A DNA stretch of 63,174 nt, the filler included, from Octopus bimaculoides (Eukaryota): assembly GCF_001194135.2 (NCBI RefSeq). It is 4 parts of 4 records of this genome, joined end to end, with 100 filler letters (N's around TTAATTAATTAA, not from the genome) between each part and the next. Parts side by side here need not be neighbours in the genome. Positions count along the whole stretch, not along the records: positions 1 to 29,679 come from NC_068989.1; 3 more parts are not named here. One strand, written 5' to 3'. The translations under genes were made by a program, and so were the position numbers. Positions 1-14,635 of this stretch are shown in pieces. Below the pieces are notes generated by a model, which had not been told where the DNA came from, made no database searches, and saw nothing but the letters and a program-made list of their open reading frames with translations. How positions within the stretch are numbered: the first letter of the stretch is position 1; each line of letters starts with the position of its first letter.

Positions 1-40
1 ATATATATATATGTATAAATATATATATAAATATATATAA

Positions 41-88
<48 letters not shown>

Positions 89-2049
89 TCATCATTGTCA
101 TTTCGCAGCCACTTTTCCATACTTGCATGATGAAATTTATTGAGGTGAGTTTCCTCTGGCCAGAGGCCCTTCCTGTTGCCAACCCTCGCCTCTTTCCGAG
201 CAAAGTAATGTTTCCTCATGATCTGACATGTTTTCTCGGAAGATTGGGAATGAAGGACACCACTTGCTGTCACTCATCCACAACCATCATGTGATGCGAA
301 GGCAAGGAGACAGTAACACACACACACACACACGTACATATATGTAAGTGTATCTGTGTTTGACAAGCTTTGTCCAGTTTCTGTTTATCAAATGCACTCA
401 GAAGGCATTGGTCAATCCTGGGGCTGTAGTAGAAGATGCTTGTCCAAGGTGTCACTCAGTGGAAGTGAACCTGAAACCATGTGGTTTCAAAATGAACTTT
501 TTGACCGTGCAGCCATTCCTACCCCTGTAGTTATAATTGTACCAACAGTATACAAGTGAACACATTTTACTAAAAATCATTCAACCATTCCACCATGGTA
601 ATTGCAGACATTAAATGGTTTTAAACAATCAAGTATTAGGTTCCCGTTGCTAGTATTTCTCATGTTCCACTGTTTAAAAGTGTAATGTGTATAGAATTAA
701 GAGTAAAGCTAAGCAGCCTGAACTGGAAAGTATCAATGTGGTTTGTTGTAAAGACATCTAACTAAAACATTTCATGTGAAACAGCTGAATCAGTTGGATA
801 AGAATTTTACTTGATGTCTGTTATATTGAACTAACACCTCCTTTTGTAATTAATTGATCTTTAAGTCAAAACAAACATGAAATGAAAACAACTTCAATGA
901 AAATTTTGTCAGATATACAAACAGAATTTGCCACTTTCAAACTACAGTATAAATAAATTTTCCTTCTTGACAATACTGTCTTTCTCTTGATGTTTCATTT
1001 GATTAATGAAGTGAAATTTAATTGAGATTCACTACTTTGAATTCTGTGTTAATAGATAAGTGACCTTAAAATGCTTTCATTGTTGTAAAACTGCACCAAA
1101 CATTTAACATGGTATGTTTTCGTATTAACTTCATTAAACTGTAATTAACTACAATGGGTGTATTTTACAGTTATAAATTCAGGAAATAGAATGGTCTTTA
1201 TTACAATTACCCTTGTTTGGATTTTATTTTATCTTATGGAAAACGTATTATTTAATTATTTATTACATGTGGTACTCTATTTAGTATTTTTGATAGAGTT
1301 TAGTTAGAATGTTATCGTATTGACTAATGTGGCCACAAGCTCAAAGCTATTGTATTACTACAGTCACAGTAGGCACAAACATGGCTGAATGGTTAAGAAG
1401 TTTGCACTACAACCACAAGATCCTAGGTCCTGTTCCATTGCATGGCATCTTGGGTAAATGCATCTACCATAGTCTCACATTCATCTCAGCTATGTGATTA
1501 AATCTGGGTAAATGGAAATCGTTCAGAAGCACATCATATGTACTCTGCCTCTAATTCAAAAGTCTGGCCTTGACACTCCACATTATGCTGATTCTACCCA
1601 AGAATGATGTTGAGGGTACAAATCTGAGAATTACTCAACCAGTTCTCTTGCTAATTAAATGAGTTCTCCAGTTGATCAGAGAACTTCATGCTTACACATT
1701 GAAATAAATGTGAGTGAATTTGTTTTTAGGAGGAAAGCTGCATAGAATCACATTGGGTGGGTTGTACCCTGTAATTCAAAGGTTTGAGCCTGTGTCATAT
1801 TTGATTCTGTCTTAGAATAACAAAAGGGTTCATATATCTGTGGAATACTCAGCCACTGCAGAGTATTGATTCAGAAAGCAGGTTGACCATTTCATCAAAC
1901 AACTGAATGTTATTTTTTTTTTTTTATCTTTCACTTGTTTCTTTATATTTGATACTTTTAGTCTTTTTGCTACACTGCTAAGCTATGGGGATACAAACAA
2001 ACCCACACCAGTTGTTAAGCAATGAGGGCATACTCACACACACAGAGTC

Positions 2050-2720
2050 ATACAGAGTTGACCAAATACATCTTGGCACCTCTGCATATCTTTTCACTAA
2101 ACAGATTACTCAGTAAAATGCATTCCGTGTAATTCAGCTGACCAGTTCAGCAATTTGGACTGAGTTAAACAGTTGGTCACTTGCCCCTGCTATCCTGCAG
2201 ATGCATCTATCAAAACTACATATTGAGCAGTGAATCATTTAGTAAACCAAAATGAACGGATAGTTTAAAAGATCTCTTTGCATGTTTCTATGGCAAGGTT
2301 CATTCCAGACTTCATTGAATAACTTATCAGATACCATGTCAATTTGCAACCACTCCATTTCTTGAATTGATATTCTGCCAAATATTTTACTGAAAATGCT
2401 CTGAGTCTTTGGGAGAAGAGAATCTTTCAATGGAATTTACTAATGAAAGAAATTTTGAAAGACAGTTAATCACTCTCAGGCCAGAGTATCTGCAATGTGT
2501 TCTGTTCAATGCTCTGCCAGTTCTTTGCCTCGTTATATTTGGTTCCTTTCAAATCTAGATCCCATAACCATTTACATACCTTTAAGAGAGAAGATAAAGC
2601 CAAATCAGTGCCATTAGAGACAAAAATCTGGAAAATAAAAAGACTTGGTATTGATTGCACAATTTCTTCGCCCATCTTAAGAAAAGCTCTACCAGAGCTC
2701 GATATGTAATATTTCTGCTA
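2050..2720 (-). mobile_element. Highly decayed LINE ORF2 C-terminal remnant, possibly L1/Tx1-like
   Basis: Protein-like fragments in shifting frames (ITYRALVELFLRWAKKLC; LFNEVWNEPCHRNMQRDLL; FNSVQIAEL) reminiscent of post-RT and zf-RVT regions. Weak similarity, judged by eye. Confidence 0.3.
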
Positions 2721-2890
2721 TTTAATATTTAGTACAATACAGTTATTGAGGGTAATAATAAGATTAAACAATTACAATTGTAATATTCAGCAATATTAAT
2801 TAATAATTAACAATAAATATACTAATTAAAATAATAATAATAATAATTAGCAGTACCCTTGGAAATTCGATGGTAATTAGGAAATCTTTT

Positions 2891-4164
2891 ATATCAAAGA
2901 GTTTGTAGACTAGTTCTCTGGCATGCCAACAGATGGCAGCACATGGTTGCATACACGGTGAGAACTAGCAGGGACCTTCATGAGGCAGTGTGTTGAGTGA
3001 CACCTTTTACTTCACAAGCTGTGATGTTTGTGTTTTTGGGATGACTTCTCTGCTGTGGTCCACAGTTTTGTCATGGACAGGAAGTTGGAACAAAAAGCCA
3101 ACATTAATGTTGGTAAGTCTGCTCGAGGGACATTGAACATGCATCGGCAGACTTATGGCGATGAGGCAATGGGTCATACATAGGCAATGTTTCGAGTGGT
3201 GAGAGGGGTTCAAAGGTGAAAGAATGTCCCTGGAAGACCTGTCACAAGCATCACCCCTGGAAATATGGAGACAATTCCTCAGCTTTTGCATGAAGATTGT
3301 TGGGGGATAATCAGCAACATTGCTGATGCTGTTGGTCTGTTGTATGAATCCATGCAGGCAATCCTAACATCTGAATTCAACATGGGGCATGTCTCCACCA
3401 TCTTTGTCCCCCATCTACTGACCACTAAGCAGAAAGAACAGTTTGCTGAAGTCTGTCAAGATCTCTGTCAGCATGCCACTGGTGACCCATTGTTCATATC
3501 AAAGATCATCATGGGTGATGAGAGTTGGGTCTGCAGGTACAACCCTGAGATGAAGCAATAATCGTCACAATGGAAGAGCCTGTCATCTCCAAGACCAAAC
3601 AAAGCATGACAGAGCCACAGCTCAGTCAAGAACATGCACATTGTATTTTGCTACATCTGCAGAGTATTGTGCATTGAGAATACATCCTCCTCTCCTTCCC
3701 CGCCAGGACCAGACAGTCAATTGAGAATTCTATCGTGATGTTTTGAAGTGTTTGAGGAAGGACATTCAGTGAAAGTGACTGAATCTGTGGAATGTGGAGC
3801 ATTAGATTCTTCATGACAACAAGGCACCCTGTTACCAAACTCTCCTCACCTCACTTGTGAGTTCCTCACCAAAGACAAAATACTATCACTTCCACACCCA
3901 CCCACCCTATTCACCATATTTAGTGCTTCAGCTTGAAAATTGCCATTTTAACCCCATTGTCGGGTTCCAGAGTGAACTGCAGAAGGTCCTCGACTCACTT
4001 ATGGAAAACTACTTCCAGGCTGGATTCCAAAAGTGGCAGGAATGCTGGGACCAGCGTATTGCTGCTCAAGGTGACTATTTTGAAGGCGATAATGTTAAAA
4101 CATAGGTAAATAAGTTATTTTTATTAAATATAACTAGTCCAGGAACTGTTGATACCATTTTGTA
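2891..4164 (+). mobile_element. Degenerate near-full-length mariner (DD34D) transposon
   Basis: Frameshifted transposase fragments (FVPHLLT, IIMGDESWV, HPPYSP, FQKWQECWDQRIAAQGDYFEG); imperfect TIRs at ~2891-2915 and ~4132-4157. Confidence 0.9.
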
Positions 4165-6298
4165 GAGTCATACCAATTAGTGTTCCTTTCTAAATTGCAT
4201 ATTCTGCATTATTTTCATTTCGAAACACCTTTCAGTCCTTCTGTATAAGATTGTAATTGAAGGAGCAATAATTCTGCCATTCTCTCAGCAGTTCAGACAT
4301 TCATTTATAAATCCAAGAACTTCACAAGGATTACACAGAATACTCATGTCACCAATGTTGCAGTCTTCAACCATATGTTTACAGTTTTTCTTTTTTTTTT
4401 TTGTCCTTTTATATTCTACTTTGAACACATTCCCTTATCGCTTATAAATACTCCCCTTTTGATTCCTATTTCCCCTTTTACACACTGATACTCCTGCACT
4501 TGTTCTAGTCATTCATCTCTCTGCTTCCCTGTATGCCATCTCATTCTTTCTCTTGTTAGCTTACATCATCTGTCATCCATATTTCATAAAGAAACCTCCA
4601 TTTTCAAGTGAGCAGACGATAAATAATTGCACTTTTGCACATGCTTTAGGTGACAGGTGATGTAAAACATTTAGTTCAATTAAGAAGAAAAAAAAAAAAA
4701 CTACATTTTTCACTATCCACTCCCTACTGCCACCTTCACCATGACCACCACCACCAACACCACAGTTTTCAATAACAAAGCTCAGTTTAAGTTGTTTGCC
4801 AAGTTTATTTCATTTCAGTTCAGTTCGTTTGTTTATATCTATTTTTCTTGTTGAAACAAAGTTCAAATAACGAATTTTTATAAAATAACATCCGCAGCTA
4901 TTTTGCAAAGTTATTTCACATTCATTTTAAAATCTATCTTTTAAATAAGTTTATTATGATATCTAATGTAAACAAACCTTCTTTCTTCTGTCCAGCCATC
5001 AATGTAGCTGTCATTGTGGATAGATAGAGAAATAGATCCGCAGTTAAAAGAGATTAAAAAAAAAAATGAGTATTAAAATGTTATTTTCTTGTCAGTCACA
5101 ATAATATATGTTGAAAGCGAAATCTTCCTCTGCTCAATACTTTCTCTCTCTCTCTCTCTCTCTCTCTTTCCCTCTATCACCTCCTTCAACAAACTTTTTA
5201 ACCATGTCATTCTCCTCTCCGCTCTCTCACTTCCACTAACCATACGACAGCTTAATGCATCCACTGGCCATAATGCCACCACTACTCTCTCCCCCTCTCT
5301 CTCTCCCTCTCTCTCCCTCCCTCTCTCTCTCTCTACCAAACATTCTATTTCTAACTCTTTCTTTATATCACTCTCTTCAACTACGTAATAGCTATTATGT
5401 TCCTCTTACCCCCTTCTCTCTTGCTCTTCCCCTTCCCCTTCATCTAATCACGTGGCAACATAATGCATGTTGGCCTTAGAATATTAACATAGAGATACCC
5501 TTGATAGTTTTAATAACAGGTATAACATTCACTTCAGTTTTACCTGGACAGTCTGTAAATTCTTACTCCTTACTTTTTGTTCATTATTTTGAGCCTTATT
5601 TTACCTCCAAACTATCAGCATTTTTACTGGTTATAAATTCCTGCTCATGGTACCTCCATGCATTGAACCATTGCACTTTAAAGATATTCAATAATTAAAC
5701 ATATTTTAATTATATATTTCCTTCCAATGTAGGATTATAGTATTACCTGATCATAAATATCATTGTAACTTAACCAAATATAACGAGCTAGTGAATTGGC
5801 AGAGTCATTAGGGCATCAGACAAAAAACTTTGCAGTATCTATTCTCACTGTCAGTGTTTTGAGTTCAAATCCAGCTGAAATCAACTTTGTCTTTCATCCT
5901 TTCAGGGTTAAGAAAAAGGACCAGTTGAAGACATTGAATTTGTGGGACTCTAAGAACATCAAATGCCTTGTGGTAGTTGTTTTGGCTCTGCATTCTGAAT
6001 TCAAACCCAGCCAGGTGGTAGACTTGCCTCCTCCCCTGCCATAACACCATCACTTGAGACTTTGGGTACCTTTGGCCAAATATCAAGCATCTGGGTTAGG
6101 CTTCTGGTCTGAGGGTAGCTCCCCACCTCTCTCTCTAGCTCTCTCCCTTTTACCAATGTTGGAGACCCTTTTTACAAGTCATGGGTGCTGCCTTTCTTCC
6201 TGAGTAAAAGTTTTTTTTAAAAATAGGTATATTTTCATTATGGTAAGTCAGAAGCAGTAAGAACTGTTAATATGCATTAACAAGACTCTGTCTGTCTG

Positions 6299-6336
<38 letters not shown>

Positions 6337-7321
6337 GTTTCTGTAGAGAATTTAAAATCAGAAGGACAGAAGAATGTAAATAAGTCAGTGAAAGAGAACT
6401 TTAATGTGATTCTGATGTCTATGTGTATCATTAAATTCCCTCCTCCTATTAACTCCTCTCATACACAGCTGCCATAGATTCCATTTTAACAGTTCCACCA
6501 CTATTGGTCTATCTTTGCACATTGCAGTGAAAACCGAGTGAGAAGAGCAGAGAGCAGTGCTGTAACCTTTAATGTCACTAAGGTACTTGATACAATCTGC
6601 CTTTCTAACCTCTGACATAAATTTCAACCACATGGCATTCATTCAATGTTTCCTCCAACAGTGTCAAATTTCTTTGGATAATTCATTTCAAAAATCAACT
6701 GACAAGACTCTTGACATTTTTATTTTCTTTTTCTCCATCTATACACATGACACATTCAATTGAAGAATTTAACTGTTTGTTACATTTCAGCCCCACGAGT
6801 ACCAAAGTTTCATTTAATTACAAAACTTAAAGCCGGACTGTTTGGTAATCATAGATTACTTCCACCATTACCAAACATATTGGAAAAAGTCATAAACCAT
6901 TCTCAATGACATTCCTCATATTTTTATAACCATTTTCTTCTTTGTTCTGTGCATGGTTATTATTGATTTCTTCTAAGACTAGACATAAGACCAATTTCTG
7001 TGAAAGAACAGCCATGGTTCCTTAGTACTTGACTCAAAGAAAGAAGCCATCAAATACCGAATGGATTGAAACACTGGGCTGCAATTTCAATGTTTGTGGC
7101 AATATTTGAAAGAATGATTCTTAGTTCAAATCTCAGTCATGGCTGAGTGGTTTAGAAGTTCACTTCCCAACCTTGTGGTTTCAGGTTCAGTCTCTCTTTT
7201 AGGCCAGAAACTTTTACAATAGACCTGAGCCTGCCAAAACCCTTATCGATGGATTTGTTGTTGGGAGATGGAAACAGAAAAAAGAAGTCTGCTAAGTGTG
7301 CATGCAGGGGGTATACATATG

Positions 7322-7361
<40 letters not shown>

Positions 7362-7859
7362 TATATGTATGTATGTATGTATATATTTGTATGCGGATGG
7401 GATATGAATGTGTATGTGTTTGAGTGAGTTCATTATTCCCTCATCTTCATGTGTGTTTATTCAATGGTTGGAAACAATGGATTCACTGATGGTCACCTCA
7501 GAAGCATATCTCAGCTATTTGCCACATCAAAGAAAAAACTCATTCATACAGTATTAATTGTTTCCAGTTCTCCATGTACACATGTCCAGACTGCTTGTTG
7601 TGTGGAACTTTTGGAACCTGCCTGGAAACAAGTCGGAGTTGGTGACAGGAAGAGCATCCAGCTGCAAAATATTCTTCTGCAATATAGTCTCACCTGACCC
7701 TTGTAAAATGAGGATGAAGATGATGACGACCAACAGCAACAACAATCCTTTCAGGATTGATGAAATAAGTACCAACTGGAGTCAATATAATCAATTACCC
7801 CACCCCTCAAATTTCAGGCCTTGTTCCAATAGTAGAAAGGATTATTATTATTATAATTT

Positions 7860-8290
7860 CTCTTTATCTCAGGTTTTGTTGGAGCTCCTGGAGCGCCATG
7901 CTATCCATTCTTTTCATCTATCTAATACTTTTCTGATTATCCTGGCTATTCCAAGGAGGCAAACCTTTTGTAACAGTTCTACTGGGCACTCGATTCCAAT
8001 TTCCTTTATATTCCTCTTGATGCCTTCTGATATTGTCCCCAAGGACCCAACAATAATTGGCACTATCTTCACCTCCTTCATTTTCCATAACCGGGCTATT
8101 TCGGACTTAAGACGGTTGTATCTATCTATCTTTTCGCCTTCCTTCTTGACCATTCATGGGTCAAAGGGGCATGCAACATCACCTACACAGCATATGTGGT
8201 GCACCTTGTCCCCCACCACTTGGTCCGGTCTGTTATCCTCTTAGCACCTGATCTGTTTGGATTCGGAAATCCCAGACGATTTGTTATTAT
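7860..8290 (-). mobile_element. R4/Dong-like non-LTR retrotransposon 3' fragment (restriction-like endonuclease)
   Basis: KIVWDFRIQTD...RPD...DVACPFD...EKIDRYNRLKSEIARLWKMKEVKIVPIIVGSLG...LQKVCLLGIARIIRKVL. Confidence 0.85.
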
Positions 8291-9334
8291 TTTTAGGATT
8301 AATATTATTATTATTATTATTAAACAATGCTTTTGGGTAGCAATTTTAAACTTCATAATAGATTTACTTCTGAAATTGTATTATTTTTTCTTTTTTTTTT
8401 TTTTCCTCTTATTCTAAAAATATTTCTTCAGCTTTGCTTCAAGTCATTCATTAATTGATTTGTAATCAGCGTTTCTTTTACAGCTTCCACCTTCTTTTAT
8501 TTTTCTGCAAGAAATAAATACTATCAGGAATTGTGATAGCTTTTTATTTTATGATCTTTTACATGACTTTTCTGTTTTGTGGCTTTTTGGGGGGAGGGAG
8601 TGCTTTTATTGCATGTTTTTTGTCTTTTTTTAATATTGATTTTTTTTTTTTACATTGTTATATTTCTGCGAACTTCACTTTAGTTTGATGTTATATTGTT
8701 TTTATTTATTATTTATTTCTTTATTTGGAGTAAGACTTTTTTCCACTTTGTTATAAAGATTTTTCTATGGCTGAATGACCAAAAACGAAGAAATTAGATT
8801 TGATCTACTTGTATAACACTCAACTATTATATTGCTGGAGCACTAACATAATTTGGAAGTCAAAACAAGTTTCTGTTGGCCTGTAATTAAATTCACAGCA
8901 ATTTAGAACTTACATCTATCATTTGTTACCAAAATAACTCGACTTGCTTTACTGCTCTTCCACCAATAGGACATATGCTATTCCTCGACTCATATTCCTT
9001 GTTTTGGGGTTACTTGAAGTACATTCTTAACCATACTTGTTCGTCTTCTTATCCACCACAGCAACAGAGCAGATGAGATGAGAGTTGAGATTTCGCTAGG
9101 TCTGGTTTCTGTTATGGATAGAATTGTTTGTTGCAGTGATAAGAAAAATCTGTTGGATTTTGCCATTTCTTCTATGACTGTTGCTGCTGTTGTTGTTGTT
9201 CATTGTTGTTCATTGTTAGATCATGATAAACTAGAAAGAGTTTGATATTCTGCACATTTCTGCAGTGGATTTAACAGCCTGAGTCACCTCCTATGAAATG
9301 AATATTTTTAGCTTACAAGAAACAAATCCGCACC

Positions 9335-9409
9335 TGATAATAAGTACATCTACTGCTTATTCTTATCATATGATAATAAGTACATCTACTGCTTATTCTT
9401 ATCATATGA
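9335..9409. repeat. Perfect 36-bp tandem duplication
   Basis: tgataataagtacatctactgcttattcttatcata twice. Confidence 0.95.
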
Positions 9410-10531
9410 AAACGAAGCAAAAAAAATAATAATAATAAATATTCTTTTTTGCACATAGAATCTAATAGCAAAACTAACTTTCCATGTTTATATTCTGACC
9501 AACAAAAGAGATTCATTTATTGTTTAAATATTTCTATTATTTCTTTTAGTATTTTTTTTCTTCTTGAAGAGTAGTTTTGTTGAACCATATTACTTCTGGA
9601 CTAAATATGTGTGCATCTGTGCATGTGTGTGTATGCATCTGTGCATGTGTGTATGTGTGTGTGTGTTTGCTTTCAACTCTCTTCATTATTCTGGGGTTTT
9701 GTCTCTTCTGTGTTTTAGCATTCACCGCCCACATCACCACAACCTCCTCCCCCTCCTCCTCCTCCTTCGTCTTCCATTTACTAATCACATTACAGAGTGT
9801 GTTGAGTGTATTTCATTGTGGCACCCACACTGGGGAGGCCATTGGGTCCTTGGCAAGATAACACTGAAGGGACCTCTTGGTCCTAAGTTTTCTCTGTCCT
9901 TTTGCAAAACCTCTTCACTCAATGTACTTGGCGCTTTTTCTTGTAACTTTAGCATAAAGGGTTGCCTTGTACACTGCAAGGGTGTAGGGTACTCATAACT
10001 CTATACTCACTAAAATAATTACCAGTTATATAGTGGGGTCAATTTAATCAACTAAAACACTTTCTACCAAAAAAAAAACATTTGTCAAATGCCTTAGGAA
10101 AAAACAAAATAGTCATATGAAGAAATGCATCTTCCATCTCTTTCTCTCTCTCTCTCTCTCTCTNNNNNNNNNNNNNNNNNNNNNNNNNNNNNNNNNNNNN
10201 NNNNNNNNATATTCTCAGTATAAAAATCAGCAACAGAAAATGGTGATATTGCAAATATCATGTGATTTATAAATCTTTTATTGATTTCATTATAATTCAA
10301 TTTCTTCTAAAGAATTGTTTCTCTGGCAGGATATCAGTTGATTAAAATAAGTTATAATATTTCCTATTTTCATAAATGTTGTCAGCGAATTCATTGCCAG
10401 AAATTGTCTTGTGTATCACTTTATGAAAACACAACTTTCAAGTTTTTCAAATATTTTGTTAGATTTTTGATAGTTTTTGTCGATCTTCTTTCTTTTCCTT
10501 TTTTCTTTGATTCTCTTTTCTCTTTCCCTCC

Positions 10532-10565
<34 letters not shown>

Positions 10566-10927
10566 GAATTCTCTCTTGGTCATAGATATAGCATGTGATC
10601 CATCATTTGGATTTGATATCTGCCAGTTAAGATAATTTTATTTCTCTGTTTCAAACAAAGAAAATAACACACACACACACACATATGTATGTATGTCTGT
10701 ACGTATGTATGTATGTATCTATGCATGTCTGTATATATATTAATGCTTGATTTTATGTTGAATTATAATCAAAAGGATTGAACTGCATAAATACGTATTC
10801 CTGTTTTACAAGAAGAGGGATAACTCTGTTTGAAGTTTCTCTCTGTTAGCTTTTGTCAGACAGTCCAACAAAGATGAGGTGGCCAAAACTTCAAAGTCAC
10901 TATCATCCCTCCTACACACATACATAC

Positions 10928-12200
10928 ATACAGGGTGTTCAAACTAAATTTGACAGTTTGCAGAAAAGGAAAATGAAACACAATACACCATCCAAAAATG
11001 AATGTATTTAAAGAAATAAAACAAATATCAACTAAGAATATGGCTGGGTGATTACAGTTTTCTCAACATGGCTCTGGAAGCTGGTACATGCATTCCTGCA
11101 TTCCTTATTGCATTCTTGAGAAGATTAAAAAAAAACAAATACCTCGTTGATCTTGCTCCCAGCTCAGCCTTTGTATAGCAAGCAGGGAATGGTGGTTTCT
11201 TCCTTCACTGTGATCCCCCACTTAGTAACCCATTCCATTACTACTGGAGGGAATTAGAAGTCTAGAAATTGTGGTTGGTGAGGTTGGAGAAATTCTCTGA
11301 CAATCACTTCTGACTCTTTCCAGAAATACAGCAAGACCTGAATCCTGCTGTCATACATATGGTCTTCCAGCAGCAACCCTCTCCAGCCAGGGATTGACCA
11401 GTGTCCAGCAGGTTCACAAAGTGTTCTGAATGGATTGTAAAGCCCTATTCAAAGATGTAGGGCAGCATGATGTCGCCCTCACCCAAATTCACACATTTTG
11501 GTGGGGAACTTGGTTTTCATGATAATCTCGGACATCACATGGATTGTAGGCAAGCCATCTGTTGTTCTGAGTATTGTGCAACTAGTTTTGGCAGAGGTTT
11601 TTTTTTTTTTATCTGAGAAGCACCAGATCATCCCTGGCTCAACAGGATGCCTCAGCTTGTTCAGGAACCTTGCTTTCATCAAGCAGTTATCCCTTGTGCC
11701 TCTTGTATGAGTGGCAGCAAAGATTCTCAATCAGGGCCAATTTCATGTTGGCGACCCCAGCCTCCATCACTTTTACCATCGCTCTTACCGTCATCTTGTC
11801 CTGCATTTGTTTGGTGGATTCTGGCAGATGGAGGCAAAACACCCACTGCATCACTTCCTGCTGACCACAGCATTGCAGTTTCCATTGCAGCTATCCATCT
11901 TACAGCTTTTACACTGTTTCATAGGACATTGAGTGGTGGATGGTTTTAACCATCATAAGTAATGAATGAAGAATTTTATGGAGGGAACTTCTGTTTTGTC
12001 TTCTTTGGTTTTAAATGTATGGCTGCAGGAATTTCAATTAATATGTCAGCGTCAGGTGTCTGGTATTATCTTTTAGTTTTAGCATCACTCACCTATGACC
12101 TGCAAGAATTAGCGAGCAGGTCACTCTTGGATGATAGTTTATGATCTGTGATTGAGCAAACATGGCATAAGAAAGGTTCCAATTCTGACCATTCCATTTT
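10928..12200 (-). mobile_element. Decayed DD37D (maT/mori-type) Tc1/mariner-superfamily transposon
   Basis: Terminus TACAGGGTG at ~10929; fragments LNKLRHPVEPGMIWCFSD.., MKTKFP.., GKSQKxLSENF, YTKAEL. Right boundary uncertain. Confidence 0.75.
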
Positions 12201-14596
12201 TTTTTACAGACACAATATAACCATCACTGCATTTGATGAACACGAGTTGAGGCAAGTGTACCTACTATATCTAGCTGGTTATGTGACTGTATAGAGGTAG
12301 AGTAAATAGCAGTGCTTGGTATCTCCTCCTTTCAGTTGTGTGCAGAGATGTTGCATTACATATTCAGACAAATCCTCCAACTCTATATTCTTCATTTCAT
12401 TTAGTTGTCAAGAATAAGTAATTTCCTTTACATTAAACCAATGTTCTATCACAGAAAGATTTATTTCTCATCTACTTAATGCCGAGAAATCTGAGATAAG
12501 TCCTTATGAACCATTTACAGCTTAACAGACATTTATTGTTATTTTTAAATTCCATATTTCTAATTGTGGAAGCATTTATCTGAAAGCATTGCTTCTTTTA
12601 TCATTGCAGATAATCCAAGCTCGTTTTAATACATCATTTCCCTTGCCGTTTCTCTTTTGTAATTCCATGAATACACACACACACACACACACACAACAAA
12701 CTGTTGTATTGTTGATTCTGTAAGCCCTTTTCTTGACTATTAAAGATAAAAATCTCTTTCATGGGTTTTCACCAAATCTATGGTGGATCAGTATAGCAAC
12801 CTTTGCTCATTTAATCCCATTCCTGAGAATGGTTCTCAACCCTAATGCTATTCAATCAATTGCCATTTATTCCTTGGCTTCATAACAGTATTAATGCTTC
12901 TAATCCTCTTTGTGACTCTACATATGTTAATTTCTCTTGAGCCCCTTTCTTTCTACCACCACACTTCATGTCCCTGTGACCACCAAGCCTTCACTGTTAG
13001 GTTCGCATTAATCTAAATAACTGTTCTGTTTGTTTGTTTGTTTCTTTGTTTTATTATATCAGCTTGCAATATTCCCGATTTTTGCCATTGTCAATACCCA
13101 TAGAATATCTCATGGGAATCACTCTGTTTTATGTTACAAAGTGTAACTGTGAATTTCAGCAACATCATTTCACCTGAATATATTCCATGCCTCTTTAGCC
13201 TTGCATTCCAAATTCCCATAAAGTATTTACTCAGTAGGGATCAGTTGATTGGCATTCTGTTGGGCACCGAAATTCTATGTTTAGATGAAACGTTTGCACT
13301 ATTCATATTGGTGGCACACTCCAGAAAATGAATCAGTAATCCTCGGAAGATTTCTTTAGAACCATACTTAATTAAAATATCCCACACACCTTATGTATAT
13401 ATTCTCTTTAGGCATCTTCAATAAAAGCCTAGAAATATATTACATAAATAGATAATTATGAAGAAACTTAACAAGTTTATAATTATTCTTTGAAGATTCT
13501 TCTGTTTCTTGAAGTTGTAGATCTCAAGAATGTTTCTTCTAAAGTGGAGCAGTAATTAGTTTTTTACCTTAATTATGAGCAGCAACAAGAGATGTGAAAC
13601 ACATCCAGTTGTTTCTATACATAATGCTTTTTTCTATTTATAGAAATATTCCATATCTTCAGCATAACATTAACACTTTGCCTTTTATGGTAGAACGTTA
13701 AACTCTAGAGAAAAACCAAGTGGGAATCTGAAAGTAATTATTTCATAGAGTTAAGATAAGTTGATTGTTTTAGGCAATTATTACAAAATAAGTAGAATCA
13801 AAGCAAAACTTTCTCTTTTGGTGAATCTTGGAACAACTTTATTATTATATTTTTTATTTGAGTTATGAACTTAATAATTGAATAAATGAATGAAAATAAA
13901 TAGAAACATAGAAAAAAGAAAGAAAAACACCCCTAAGGTGAATATTTTTGCATTTTGCTAAACTTATTACGATATCTGTATAATAAATAATACTATGAAT
14001 ATTTTGAATGTTTCAAACAGATTTAAAAGAAATAAGTTGTGTTTAGAATGTAGAAAAATTGTTTGCTTGGAAACATAAATATTTAAAAAATCTTTCTAAA
14101 AAATACAAACTTAAAGCATAAAACATCCATATGTTTTTTATTTTTGTTTTTATATCCTAACTTATGTCCAAGAAGAAAAAAAAATGGAAATAATTTGCTG
14201 TTGATTTTGATTGTTTTATCTTTTATTGTAATTATATTTTTTAAATTTTTAATTAGCTCAGCTTCGTCTTTAAATGTCTTCTATCTGATAATGTTTTGAC
14301 AGACATTATGAAATTTTACTTTCAGGATATAATTTATTCCTATGTGGCAAACTTGAAAATGATTTTGTGTGTGTGTGTTCAGTAGAGTGAGTGAAAATTA
14401 CTTAGAATCGGTGCACAAACATAAAGACAAATTCTTTATACACAAGGGATTTTTCTTTTTCACTTTTGTTTTTTTCAACTCTTTTATATATTTTCTAAAT
14501 TCTAAATTGCAATATCTTCTAACTTAATGACAAATGAATATATATAACTTGCTTTACTGAAGTTAGCAAGAAAATGAAATAATTATATGTACACAC

Positions 14597-14635
<39 letters not shown>

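Noticed and set aside
2580-2627. Apparent 48-nt minus-strand micro-exon (IFVSNGTDLALSSLLK) with good AG/GT sites
   Set aside because: No partner exons or recognisable protein; surrounding frames look like a decayed LINE ORF2, so the sites may be fortuitous.
6385-6910. Possible RT-like remnants (KKFDTV; LLPPLPNILEKVI); similar weak traces at 12740-13300, 24200-24500 and 25680-26040
   Set aside because: Similarity too weak and fragmentary to annotate without a profile search.
8912-9290. Minus-strand acceptor (9290) and donor (~8912); similar lone acceptors at ~20397(-) and ~17104(+)
   Set aside because: Stops in all frames or within ~20-27 codons, no homology; cannot distinguish from chance sites or lncRNA exons without RNA data.
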